Virus record (IMG/VR): IMGVR_UViG_3300022074_000004 | Reading direction: 5' to 3' (one strand) | From: a virus | Length of the DNA stretch: 64,000 nucleotides | Shown: piece after piece, positions 48,022 through 59,200 of the stretch | How the letters are laid out: the number at the start of each line of letters is the position of its first letter | How positions within the stretch are numbered: the first letter of the stretch is position 1 | The notes under the pieces: model-generated | Databases searched by the model: none | What the model was told of the DNA's origin: nothing | The model's input: only the letters and a program-made list of their open reading frames with translations | Position numbers and translations under genes: made by a program

Positions 48022-48062
48022 ATCATATCAGACCCAGCTGCGCTGTCTGTATCGTGTGATAC
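48022..48062 (-). promoter_or_regulatory. NtcA-type promoter (GTA-N8-TAC-N21-TAN3T)
   Basis: Reverse strand reads GTAtcacacgaTAC, 21 bp, TATGAT. Confidence 0.55.
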
Positions 48063-48179
48063 CATTTTGGAAATATGTCGAAATGTGAATTTTCAAACGT
48101 TTCCCACTAGCGTTTCGCTCTCGGTGTCGTAACCTATTGGCAAGCGGGCGCACTGAAGCCCGCGCAACCCCAAAGGACT

Positions 48180-49313
48180 ATGAACAGCTCAGCTCAAGCT
48201 AAGGCTCTCGAAAGCCTTCTGGCTCTTGATACCGGTCGCGCCGATCGCCCGGACGGCTTCCGCATGTCCGCAGCGGATCACAAGCTTTTCCGTGGATACG
48301 CTCGTGTTGTTGAGCCCGGCATGACCGACAGCGACATCCTGATGCACGCTGGTGCTGGCTTCAACGTTGAGACGCAGCCGGTGAGTTTTAAACTGCCCAG
48401 CGGTAGCTACTGCTCAACCCCTGACAGCATCGTGTGGTCTCGGGATGATCGGGACGATGAGACGGCTTTTCTGGGTACGTTCGGCAACCGTCGCGCCGTG
48501 ATCCAGCCTAGCGACTTCCTTTCCTACTTCCAACGCTTCGTACAACAGTCTGGCAAGCGTATCTCCCTAGATGTTGTGGGAACGCTTGACAATGGAAAGC
48601 AATTCTTTATGGGCTCGAAACTTACAGAAAATAACATCGAAGCTATTCTTGACAATCCTGAGCACCAACACGTTGGAATGCGTGTTAATGAGTTCTTCAA
48701 ACAAGAGGATCTATCGGACTATTGGTTAGTCGTTACCGATTTTTATGGCACTAGCAGAGCACCACAGGTGAATCTTTTGTGCAATCGCTTAGTCTGCACC
48801 AACGGAATGACTCGTCAAGTTAAAACTAAGTTGGCAGCATTAACACACCGCAAGGATCTAACCGGCGATAGTGTTGTTGAAGTATTGAACCAAGGGATTC
48901 GTGAGGCTTCAAACTATTGTAAGATCCAGGATTTGCTGACTGAAATGGAACTAACTCCAGAACAATTCAATAACGGTATTAAGAAGTTCTGCCGGGTTAA
49001 AACAGGAACTTTGGACACTGATCTTCCTTCCAAAGTAAAGGGTTTCCGGGAAACGTATCACGCTACAGATAAAGGTAAGATCGTAGGAATCGAGACTTAT
49101 AAGACATCTACAGGTACAGATAACGCCTGGAGAGCACTGAATGCAGTGACACAATATATCACCCACAAGCCATTAAAGAACCAAGACGCTGCATTGCGTT
49201 CATCAATCAATGGCACTCGTGCTAAAGAACCGAACGCTTATTTGCAGTTCCTGGCTGATAACCACGGGACGCCAGATCAGCAGGCTGAGTTGAGAGAACT
49301 CATCGCAGTCTGA
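48180..49313 (+). CDS. DUF932 (DUF945/TIGR03299-like) phage/plasmid protein
   Basis: AAGGA RBS; NRLVCTNGM signature, GTLDNGKQFF, NAWRALNAVTQYITH. Confidence 0.8.
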   Translation: MNSSAQAKALESLLALDTGRADRPDGFRMSAADHKLFRGYARVVEPGMTDSDILMHAGAGFNVETQPVSFKLPSGSYCSTPDSIVWSRDDRDDETAFLGTFGNRRAVIQPSDFLSYFQRFVQQSGKRISLDVVGTLDNGKQFFMGSKLTENNIEAILDNPEHQHVGMRVNEFFKQEDLSDYWLVVTDFYGTSRAPQVNLLCNRLVCTNGMTRQVKTKLAALTHRKDLTGDSVVEVLNQGIREASNYCKIQDLLTEMELTPEQFNNGIKKFCRVKTGTLDTDLPSKVKGFRETYHATDKGKIVGIETYKTSTGTDNAWRALNAVTQYITHKPLKNQDAALRSSINGTRAKEPNAYLQFLADNHGTPDQQAELRELIAV

Positions 49314-49321
49314 TAACACTA

Positions 49322-49382
49322 AGGGAGGGCTAATCACCCTCCCTCACTATTAAGAATAGATAACGATCACTATCTATTCTTA
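49322..49382 (+). terminator. Two adjacent hairpins ending the early-gene block
   Basis: agggaggg-ctaatca-ccctccct and taagaatagata-acgatcac-tatctattctta. Confidence 0.55.
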
Positions 49383-49604
49383 TTAAATAACAATCGTTAA
49401 TTATCACATAGCAATCACTAATTATTAATAATAGACAGTGTTTTTATATTATTATTATTTTATTAAGCGCGGCCATGTTGAAAAAAGCAAACATCCCTAG
49501 GCTACAGAGGTGACAAAACGCGATAGATATAAAAAAACGCGAAAATTTTTTGCGGCCCAAAAAGGGTCTTCAAGGGGTCGCGGAGAAAAAAATAATGGGT
49601 GGTA

Positions 49605-49633
49605 TTGACGAGGATATATAAGTTTGTTATAAT
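49605..49633 (+). promoter_or_regulatory. Sigma70-type promoter
   Basis: TTGACG-17 bp-TATAAT upstream of 49657. Confidence 0.8.
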
Positions 49634-49656
49634 AATGAGGTAGTCATTCAGAGATT

Positions 49657-50436
49657 ATGTCTAAAGGATTTACGGTAAAAGCTGATGCAGAAGAGGTGGC
49701 CCCACCAGAATTAGAATGGGACTACGCTGCAATCAAAGAAAGTATGAGAGGGAAGACGATTGTTTTTTGCCTTCCAGGCAGGGGAGTCTCGTATACATTT
49801 CTCAAAAATTTTGTACAATTATGTTTTGACATGGTGCAGAATGGCATGAGCATTCAGATCAGTCAAGATTATAGTTCCATGGTAAATTTCGCCCGTTGCA
49901 AATGTTTGGGTGCCAATGTATTGAGGGGACCCGATCAGGAGCCATGGGATGGTAAGTTAGATTATGATTATCAGTTGTGGATTGACAGTGATATTGTATT
50001 CAACTCCGAGAAATTCTGGCAGTTATGTGCATTAGCAGAACCTGAGAACGGCAAGGAGAATGCCATCACCTGCGGGTGGTATTGTACAGAAGATGGCAAG
50101 ACATCAAGTGTTGCACATTGGATGGACGAGGATGGTTTCAAAGATAACGGTGGTGTAATGAATCACGAAACTCTGACTAGTCTTGATGGACGCACAGAGC
50201 CATTCACTGTAGATTATGCAGGATTTGGATGGATGCTAATTCGCAAAGGGGTCTTTGAGGACAAGGAACTGAAGTATCCGTGGTTTGCACCAAAGATGCA
50301 AATTTTTGAAAGTGGACAAGTACAGGACATGTGTGGCGAGGATGTCAGCTTCTGTCTAGATGCAAAGGAAGCAGGATTTAGTATTCTCTGCGATCCACGC
50401 ATTCGTGTCGGACATGAAAAGAATCGTATTATTTGA
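49657..50436 (+). CDS. GT-A-fold (DxD) glycosyltransferase-like protein conserved in cyanomyoviruses
   Basis: FARCKC, YDYQLWIDSDIVF, VDYAGFGWMLIRKGVFE, GEDVSFC, VGHEK. Confidence 0.75.
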   Translation: MSKGFTVKADAEEVAPPELEWDYAAIKESMRGKTIVFCLPGRGVSYTFLKNFVQLCFDMVQNGMSIQISQDYSSMVNFARCKCLGANVLRGPDQEPWDGKLDYDYQLWIDSDIVFNSEKFWQLCALAEPENGKENAITCGWYCTEDGKTSSVAHWMDEDGFKDNGGVMNHETLTSLDGRTEPFTVDYAGFGWMLIRKGVFEDKELKYPWFAPKMQIFESGQVQDMCGEDVSFCLDAKEAGFSILCDPRIRVGHEKNRII

Positions 50437-50447
50437 GGTAAAGATTT

Positions 50448-50588
50448 ATGGCAATGCGAAGTAAGACTGGCGATCTCATTGAAAGCCGTCCAAAGAACAC
50501 AAGGCAAGGTTCTGGAAAGCACACAAAGTATGCCGCCAGTTCACGCAATAAAGCTCGAAAGCGTTATCGTGGTCAGGGAAAGGGCTGA
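50448..50588 (+). CDS. Small basic protein (46 aa, not in track)
   Basis: GAGG RBS; PKNTRQGSGKHTKYAASSRNKARKRYRGQG; followed by a terminator. Confidence 0.75.
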   Translation: MAMRSKTGDLIESRPKNTRQGSGKHTKYAASSRNKARKRYRGQGKG

Positions 50589-50595
50589 GATTTAT

Positions 50596-50627
50596 GAGAG
50601 TGTCTTTATGGGGCGCTCTCTTTTTTT
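50596..50627 (+). terminator. Rho-independent terminator
   Basis: gagagtgtc...ggcgctctc followed by T7. Confidence 0.85.
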
Positions 50628-50746
50628 ATATCTTATGTCGTAACGCGGCTCTTAGAGGGTGCGAAAAAAGCTCTTAAAAATAAATAGATCAGGGATAGCA
50701 ACACCCGTAAAACGTTCTGTTAGTACACATTTATTAGGAGACAATT

Positions 50747-50884
50747 ATGGGCAATTCACCAGTAGACAAAAGTAAAGATTTTATTAAATCAGGAATGACA
50801 CTGATTACTGAGATCAGTAGCGATAAATATATGAAGACAAAAAAAGATGAAAAAAAGGCAATAAATAAAAAAGAAGAATCATAA
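50747..50884 (+). CDS. Small hypothetical protein (45 aa, not in track)
   Basis: AGGAG RBS; MGNSPVDKSKDFIKSGMTLITEISSDKY; AATAAATA late-promoter motif upstream (~50679). Confidence 0.65.
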   Translation: MGNSPVDKSKDFIKSGMTLITEISSDKYMKTKKDEKKAINKKEES

Positions 50885-50890
50885 ATTTAG

Positions 50891-51298
50891 ATGCCTTTAG
50901 AGAGAGTTAGTAAAGCGTTTAAGGATATTAGTTTATCTTTTTCAAGAAACCCTTTAACTGGCGATATATTTCCACTTAAGAATGAGACTGCTATTGCAAG
51001 ATCTGTTCGAAATATTGTATACACTCAATTTGGTGAGAAATTTTTTAATGTTCCATTTGGATCAGATATTACAAATTCATTGTTTGAAAATTTAGATTCT
51101 ATTAGTGCTGGTGTCATAGAAGATAGAATTAGAGTTTCGATTAGAGATTATGAGCCAAGAGTTAGATTGATTAGAGTTAATGTACGTCCTAATTTTGATA
51201 ACAATGAATTTAATGTAACAATAGTATATGAAATTATTGGGATTGATATTAACTCACAGGTACAGGAAATAGAATTTATTTTACAGCCAACGAGATAA
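50891..51298 (+). CDS. gp25: Baseplate wedge subunit gp25
   Basis: FKDISLSF..NP..LKNETAIARSVRNIV.T..GEKFFN..FGS..YEPRV; adjacent to gp6. Confidence 0.92.
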   Translation: MPLERVSKAFKDISLSFSRNPLTGDIFPLKNETAIARSVRNIVYTQFGEKFFNVPFGSDITNSLFENLDSISAGVIEDRIRVSIRDYEPRVRLIRVNVRPNFDNNEFNVTIVYEIIGIDINSQVQEIEFILQPTR

Positions 51299-51301
51299 CA
51301 A

Positions 51302-53224
51302 ATGTCACTTATTAATTTCACCTCTTTAGATTTTGAGCAGATCAAAAATCTTCTCAAGGAATATTTAAAAGCAAAATCAGATTTTACTGATTTTGACTTT
51401 GAGGGTTCAAACTTATCTACGATGCTTGATGTATTATCATATAATACGTACATCACATCGTACAATGCCAATATGGTGGCAAATGAAGTTTTTATTGATA
51501 GTGCGACATTAAGAGAGAATGTTGTATCACTCGCAAAAAATATTGGATATCTACCAAGATCAAGAAAAGCATCAAAAGCTGTAATATCATTTACAGTTGA
51601 TGCCGAAGATATCAGTCCACCACCTTCAACACTTACTTTAAAGAAGGGACCTGTTGCAATTTCATCAGCCGGAATATCAGGTCAATCATTTGTATATTCA
51701 ATTGTAGATGATATCACAGTTCCTGTTGTAAATGGGATTGCAAGATTTGATAACATTACAATATATGAGGGGAGTTTATTAAGAAAAACTTATACATATT
51801 CTGCAAGAAGTGTACAGCAAAGATTTTTACTACCAAATGTTGGTGTTGACACAGATTTAATTAGTGTCAAGGTTTCTACAAGTAGTGAATCAACAGCTAG
51901 TACAACTTATCGAGCATACGTCGATATTTTAAATCTAAAAGATTCAAATGTTTTTTATATTCAAGAAGCTGCAAATGAGCAGTATGAAATCTTTTTTGGA
52001 GATGGAGTTTTTGGAAATAAATTAGAAGAAGGTAATTTTATTGATATTAACTATATCATATCACACGGATCAGATGCAAATGGTATAGGTTCATTTTCAT
52101 TTACTGGAAGTTTATATTATATTAGAAATGGTCAAGAATATAACGCAACTCAGGGAATATCACTCATATCAGCAGCTGGGCAATCATTTGGTGGGGACTC
52201 AATTGAATCGATAGAATCTGTTCGTAAGTATGCACCGAAGATATATGGAACACAAAATCGTGCAGTAACTGCTCAGGACTATGAGGTTTTAATTCCAAAT
52301 AAGATTTATCCAAATACGGAATCAATATCAGTATTTGGTGGAGAAGAAGTAGTACCTCCACAATATGGTAAGGTCTTTATCAGTATCAAACCAAGAACTG
52401 GTGATTTCTTATCAAACTTAGCAAAACAAGAGATCAAACAAAAGCTAAAGAAATTTGCAGTTGCTGGTATCGTCCCAGAAATACTTGACCTGAAGTATCT
52501 TTATATTGAAGTTGATTCAAAAATATATTATAACTCAAGTAAAGGTGATAAATTAGAGATATCAACAATTGTACAAAATAATGTTGAAAAGTATTCTGGA
52601 TCGTCTGAATTAAATAGATATGGATCTAGATTTAAGTATAGTAAATTCCTTAATATTATTGATAATAGCCATGAGGCAATTACATCAAACATCACAACAC
52701 TTCATATTAGAAGAGATCTCAGACCTGTACTGAATAGCTTGGCAGAGTATGCGATTGGATTTGGTAATGAGTTCTATGTTAAGTCAACTGATGGATTTAA
52801 TTTAAAAACATCGGGATTTAAAGTAGAAGGAATTTCATCAATGGTTTATATTTCAGATCTACCAGATCCAGATCAAAAATCAGGATCATTATTCTTATTT
52901 ACAGTTCCTTCAGACAACTCTCAAACTCCAACAGTAGTAAGAAGAAATGTTGGAAGAATAAATTATGAAAGTGGGGTAATAATATTAAATCCAATTAATA
53001 TAAGTTCTGCTAAACGTAGGAATGGTCAACCAGTAATTGAGATGTCTATATGCCCAATCTCGAATGATGTCATCGGATTACAAGATCTTTATTTGCAACT
53101 AGATATTAATAACAGTTTATTTGATACTATCATCGACAATATTGCATCCGGTCTTGATCCATCAGCATCTAACTATGTTGTATCATCAAGTTATGCTTCA
53201 GATAGCTTAGTTCGTCCATCCTAA
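51302..53224 (+). CDS. gp6: Baseplate wedge subunit gp6
   Basis: LDFEQIK..FTDFDFEGSNLS..LSYNTY..EVFIDSATLRENVVSLAKNIGY; QNRAVTAQDY; PPQYGKVFISIKP. Confidence 0.95.
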   Translation: MSLINFTSLDFEQIKNLLKEYLKAKSDFTDFDFEGSNLSTMLDVLSYNTYITSYNANMVANEVFIDSATLRENVVSLAKNIGYLPRSRKASKAVISFTVDAEDISPPPSTLTLKKGPVAISSAGISGQSFVYSIVDDITVPVVNGIARFDNITIYEGSLLRKTYTYSARSVQQRFLLPNVGVDTDLISVKVSTSSESTASTTYRAYVDILNLKDSNVFYIQEAANEQYEIFFGDGVFGNKLEEGNFIDINYIISHGSDANGIGSFSFTGSLYYIRNGQEYNATQGISLISAAGQSFGGDSIESIESVRKYAPKIYGTQNRAVTAQDYEVLIPNKIYPNTESISVFGGEEVVPPQYGKVFISIKPRTGDFLSNLAKQEIKQKLKKFAVAGIVPEILDLKYLYIEVDSKIYYNSSKGDKLEISTIVQNNVEKYSGSSELNRYGSRFKYSKFLNIIDNSHEAITSNITTLHIRRDLRPVLNSLAEYAIGFGNEFYVKSTDGFNLKTSGFKVEGISSMVYISDLPDPDQKSGSLFLFTVPSDNSQTPTVVRRNVGRINYESGVIILNPINISSAKRRNGQPVIEMSICPISNDVIGLQDLYLQLDINNSLFDTIIDNIASGLDPSASNYVVSSSYASDSLVRPS

Positions 53225-53242
53225 TAGAGTATAAGTAGAAAC

Positions 53243-56200
53243 ATGTCCGAAAGAATTCAGGTCAGTCAGGTTTTAAAAAGTCAGATCCCAAACTATGTTC
53301 GTGAAGAATATCCACAGTTTGAGAAATTTTTACAGCAATATTATATTGGACAGGAATATCCTGGTGGACCTATTGATTTGATAGAAAATATTGACAAGTA
53401 TGTTAAGATTGATTCACTATCAAATATAAATGATTCTGCTGTTTTGGCAACAGACATTTCATTTTCGAGTAGAATTATTAGAGTAGACTCGTCATTATCC
53501 CCACAAGGAACATCTGGATTTCCAGATTCTTACGGCCTACTTAAGATTGGTGATGAAGTCATCACATATAAGAACAAAACTGAGTTTTCATTTACTGGAT
53601 GTATTAGAGGATTTAGTGGAGTAACTAATTACAGAAATGAAGATAACTTGGGAGAGTTGACTTTTGAGAGTACTAAGATTGAAAAGCATAAGTCTGGTGC
53701 AACTATCCATAATCTGAGTGCTCTTTTCTTAAAGGAAATGTTTACGAAATTGAAGTATCAATTTCTTCCTGGATTGGAGAATAAAAAATTTGCTGGTTCT
53801 GTTGATGAGAACCTGTTTCTTCAGAAGAGTAGAGATTTTTATTCTGTTAAGGGAACACGTACAGGATTTGATCTGCTGTTTAAATTATTATACGGAGAAG
53901 AAATTGATATCATAAGTCCCAAGAACTATCTTTTTACTCCATCAAATTCAGACTTTGAAAAGTATGATGAGATGGTATTGGAAATCATTTCAGGAAATCC
54001 GGAAGATTTACTTTTATCTACACTTAGTCAAGAAGAGTATAAGGATATTATTGAAGAAGCATATGCTCCAATCACTGATGTTGAAAAACTTGATGATCCA
54101 GATAGTGATGGGAAGTATTATAAAGTCAAATTAGATTCCGGCTCTGGGGTAAATAGGGACAGTGGAGTTAAGGGCTCTATATCAGGAAGCTTTACAGTAC
54201 ACGCAAAAACTAGAGTTATAGGTGATGTTGAAATAGGAGCATCAATTATAACAGTTGATTCAACTGTAGGGTTCTCAAATGAAGGAGAACTGTATGTAAG
54301 GTATGCAGATCAGACATTTGGAGTTGTTTCATATACATCAAAATCATTCAATCAGTTCTTTGGTTGTTCAAATATAATCAATAATATCTTGGATGGATAT
54401 GGCGTTAGTGTTAACACCTTTGCATATGCTACTTCTGGTGATAATATCGTAAAAGTTAGAGTAAATTCTATACCATCTAGCGTTCAGTATAGCGATGATA
54501 GTTATGGATATCATAAAAATCTTCCCGTAACATTTAAAAATTTAGGCTATACTAGCGATTCTTACAAAAGTGATGGGTGGTTATACAATACTGGACCATG
54601 TTATGATATAAACAGAACTAATTTGATCGATACATCAGATAACACGTATGAAATTGAGCTGAAAACTAAGAATTATTTGCAAATTGACGACTCTGTTAAC
54701 ATCATATCTAGCAATCAGTCTAAAAAATTCGCCAGTGTTATTGATTTAATATCAGAAAATACCATATTGGTTCGCTGTGAGGGGCCAATTTTAGAAAATG
54801 ATCTGAAAGTAGAGAGGAATATCTTAAAATCTGAAGGGTCCATCATCACAAATGTGCAAAATGTCTATAAACACAACACTGAAGAGGAGTATTTGATTGC
54901 TTCGTCATCAATTCCTTCACTTTTGGACGAAAATAATGCAAAAAAAGTTACATTTTCAGGAACTTTCCTCCAAAATCAAGAAATATTGAAAATAAGTGAG
55001 TTCAAAGACCATGGATTTTACACTGGAGATGCGATTTTTTACAAACCAGAAGTAGAAATTCAAATCATTGAGGATGCTGACGAAAATGAAGAAGGTTTTA
55101 CTGAGACTGAGGTGATAAAATCTTCATTATTTGATGAAGGTCTATATTTTATCAAAAGAATATCACCAACTGAAGTTAAATTTGCGTTAAGTTTGTCAAA
55201 TATTGAAAAATCTCAATATATTTCTCCAAAAATTAACACAATTGTTGAAAATAATACTTTAGAGCCATATAAATTTAAAGGAAAAGAAATTAGAAGCCAA
55301 AATTTAGTCAGAAAACTAAAAAATCCGCAAAAAACTTCTGAAAAATCAAAAACAATTCCAGGATTTACTGGAATTATGATAAATGGAACAGAAATTTTAA
55401 ATTATAAGTCATCTGATAGAGTAAAATATGGAAAAATTGAAAAAATTGATGTAATTTCTAAAGGATATGATTACGATGTCATAAATCCACCAAATTTGAC
55501 TATTTCTGATAGTTCTGGACAAGGTGCAGAGGCATATGTTGACGTTTCTGGAGTTTTGCAAGAGCTTAGAATTGTAGATTCTGGATTTGACTATCAAAAA
55601 CCACCTATTTTGACAATAACAGGGGGAAATGGAGAAGGTGCAGAGGTTTCTCCAACAATGTCCGGAATAATTCATTCTGTAGAATTCAATTCTCTATCAA
55701 TTTCAACAGTTGATGACACAATTAAATTTACAGTAAATCATAAATTGAAAACTGGAGAAAGTGTTGTCTATAAAACTAACAATCAACAGTCAATTGGTGG
55801 TATTGTTGATGGATCCGAGTATTTCGTATCTGTAGTTGATAGTAAAACTATTTCTTTACATGAAACACAAAGTGATTCTGTTTCTGCAGCTAATAAAATT
55901 AGTTTTACTTCTCTTGGGGTTGGAAATCATATTATTGAGGCCACTGAAACCAAAAGTGTTGTGGCATCACTCAATGTAGTAAATTCTGGGTTAAATTATC
56001 AAAATAAAAAGAGAATATTGAAAGAAGAAAATATAAATTTACAAAAAGATTGTTTTTATATTAAAAATCATAGGTATGAATCTGGAGAACTCATAAAATA
56101 TTACTCAACAACTGGAACAGCCATAGGTGGACTAGAAATTGGCAAGGAATATGTAGTAACAAAGATAAGTGACGATGAATTTAGCATTTCTCAAGTTGGG

Positions 56201-59200
56201 GAAGACAATGTAAAAGAATTTTATAATAAAAACCAATATATTGACATAATATCTGTTGGTAGTGGCAAGCATACATTTAACTGCCCAGAAATCAAGGTAA
56301 GTATAATCAGTGAGATTGGATTGTCTCCTGTTGGGACAGAGACGTTTGAATTAAAAGTTCAGCCAGTTTTTAGAGGCCAAGTAGAAGCCGTCTACTTGGC
56401 AGATGAAGGTTCTAATTATGGATCTCCAGAGATATTGAACTATAATAGAACACCAAACTTAAGTTTAAGTAAAGGCTCTGATGCTCAAGTAAGCCCTGTC
56501 ATCAAAAATGGCGAAATCGTAGATGTTATTGTTTTAAATCAAGGTAAAAATTATACCTCCCCACCAAATATAAGAACTATCGGAGATGGAGCTGGTGCTG
56601 TACTAACTCCCATCATTGAAAATGGATTCTTGAGAGATGTTAATGTTATAAATGGTGGATTTGGTTTTGGTCAAGAAACATTTATAATTATTGAGTCAGT
56701 TGGTCAAGATTGTAAGTTCAATACAACTATACAATCTTGGAATGTCAATTTATTTGAGAAAAATATATCAAATATTGGTGCGGATGATATTTCAGTCGAA
56801 TGTGGCTTAAATGATAAGTATGGTCTACAGTACTCATATCTATATGCTCCTAGATCTTTAAGAGAATCTGTTTTTTCTATTAATTCAAGTGGAGAAGTGA
56901 TATATGGTTCAAAAGATCTTAAAAAGAAAAATAATAAAGAAACCGAATCCGATCACCACTCACCAATAATAGGATGGGCCTATGATGGAAGCCCAATTTA
57001 TGGACCATATGGTTATTCTCAGAAAAACGGTGGACAAATTGTACAGATGAAGTCAGGTTATAAATTAGACCTGAAACCAAATAGGCCATCAACATCTATC
57101 TTCCCAGAAGGTTACTTTTTAGAAGATTATTCATATTTTGATTCGAATGATGAATCTGTTCTCGACAGAAATAACGGAAGATTTTGCGTAACTCCAGATT
57201 ATCCAAATGGAACTTATGCATATTTCTCTACACTTGATGCAGAGAGTGTAGAATCGTCTGGCCTCTTTGCAAAATATAAAAAACCACAATTCCCATATTT
57301 TATTGGAGATTGTTATGAGAATGTTCCAATAGACTTCAATTTTGAAAAATCTTCTAATCAGGATGATTTTATATTTGGAGGAAATTGGGCAAGAAATACT
57401 TCTCCATACAATTTAGATTTTTCTGGGAAAAATTATAAGTATATTAATGTTCCAGATACTTCATCCCAAAAAGTAGTAATTGATTCTATTAAGTCGAGTG
57501 GAATAGATTCAATTTCAGTCAAAAGTGCCGGAGATCTTTACAAGGTCGATGATAAAGTTTTATTTGACGATGTGGGTAGTGGTGGTAATGGAGTATCAGC
57601 AAAAGTTTCTAGAATATCAGGAAAAACAACTAAACAAATTTCTTTTGATATAGTAAAAAAAGAAAATATAGAAGTATCCTCTACAAATAGAAAAAATGAG
57701 TACCTAGTTACTTCGGATGTCCCACATAGCCTCAATGATGGTGACATAGTGAATCTAAACAGCCTCTCAAGAAATTTTGAATTGACCGGATCTTATCCTG
57801 TTGGTGTAAGTACAAATATACTGAAAATTTCTCAAGATATACTGGATGTATCTCAGACTGGGCAAATCACATACTTTAATGTAATAGGAAACCTTAATGA
57901 AAATGCAATTCGCGAGAATGACATTTTGCAGATTGGTACAGAAAAGATCAAGGTACTAAAAATCAATAGATCAAATTATACTATAAAAGTATTAAGGCAA
58001 TTTGATGGGACTATTGGTTCATCTTACCCAATTTTTACAAATATTATAGAATTGCCAAGGAAACTTAAAATAAACTCAAAAGAAAAAGTATTGTCTCCTC
58101 AAAATAAACAAATATATTTTGATCCATCAAAATCTGTTGCAACTGGCAATACTTTTGGGATTGGTATAGGTGTATCTTTGCTGACAGAAGATGGGGAGTT
58201 GCATATTCCAACAAAGGCAATCTATCTTAAAAATCATGGATTGAAAACTGGAGATAGTATCACATACTCTACTGGAGGTGGAGACGGGTTAGTAGTATCT
58301 GAAGATGGAGTTACAACAAGATCTCTTACAGATGGGGAAAATTTATTTGTAGGAAGAGTTTCTGATGATTTAATTAGTATATCCACTGTTAGGGTAGGGT
58401 TAGATACCCAAGGCGTTTTTGTCGCCCTTGAGGGCGCTTCTGGTGCGTCTAGAACGCTTTATTTTGATAGTATTGGAACTGGAGAAAATCACAGCTTCAC
58501 CACCAACTACGTATCAACCACAGGAAATATTTCAAGAAATGAAGTTACTCTAGAAACAGAAAATCCCCATGAATTGACTGATGGGGATGAGATCTACTTA
58601 GAAGTCAATCCACAGGAAACGTTTACATATGAGGTTTCTTATGATGATCAGAATAGAAGATTAATCTTTAATAAAAAATCTTTCACCGATCCAAATGTAA
58701 GCGTCTCAGAAAATACAATTTATATTGAAAATCATAATTTAAGTTCCGGTGATAAGATATTGTACACATCAGACAATCCTTCAGATGGATTGGTAAGTGG
58801 AGAGATGTATTATGCTATTTTCTTCAATGAAAATAAAATAGGTTTAGCACAAAGTTATTTCGATTCAATCAGCAACAATTTTATTGATATAAAAACCCAA
58901 TCATCCGGAAACATTGGTTCTATAAATCCAAAAATTAGTGTTTATAGAGATTCAACAATTATTTTTGATGTTTCAGACGCATCTCTTTCATACTTGAGAC
59001 AAACCATAAGTTATTCCGCATTTAAGCTTGATTTTTACTTAGATACAAATCTTTCTTTATTTTGGAATGATGCAATAACAAACATACAAAGGTCCGGAAG
59101 GCCAGGGGTGGATTCTGACGCAAAAATTACTTTGAAAATTAATTCAGAATCTCCAGACATGATTTACTATAAGTTAAATCCAGTAATTCAGGATGGATTG

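Noticed and set aside
31000-50900. tRNA genes or photosynthesis auxiliary genes (psbA, hli)
   Set aside because: No cloverleaf/T-loop signatures or recognisable protein motifs found by eye; tRNAscan-SE would be needed to exclude tRNAs formally.
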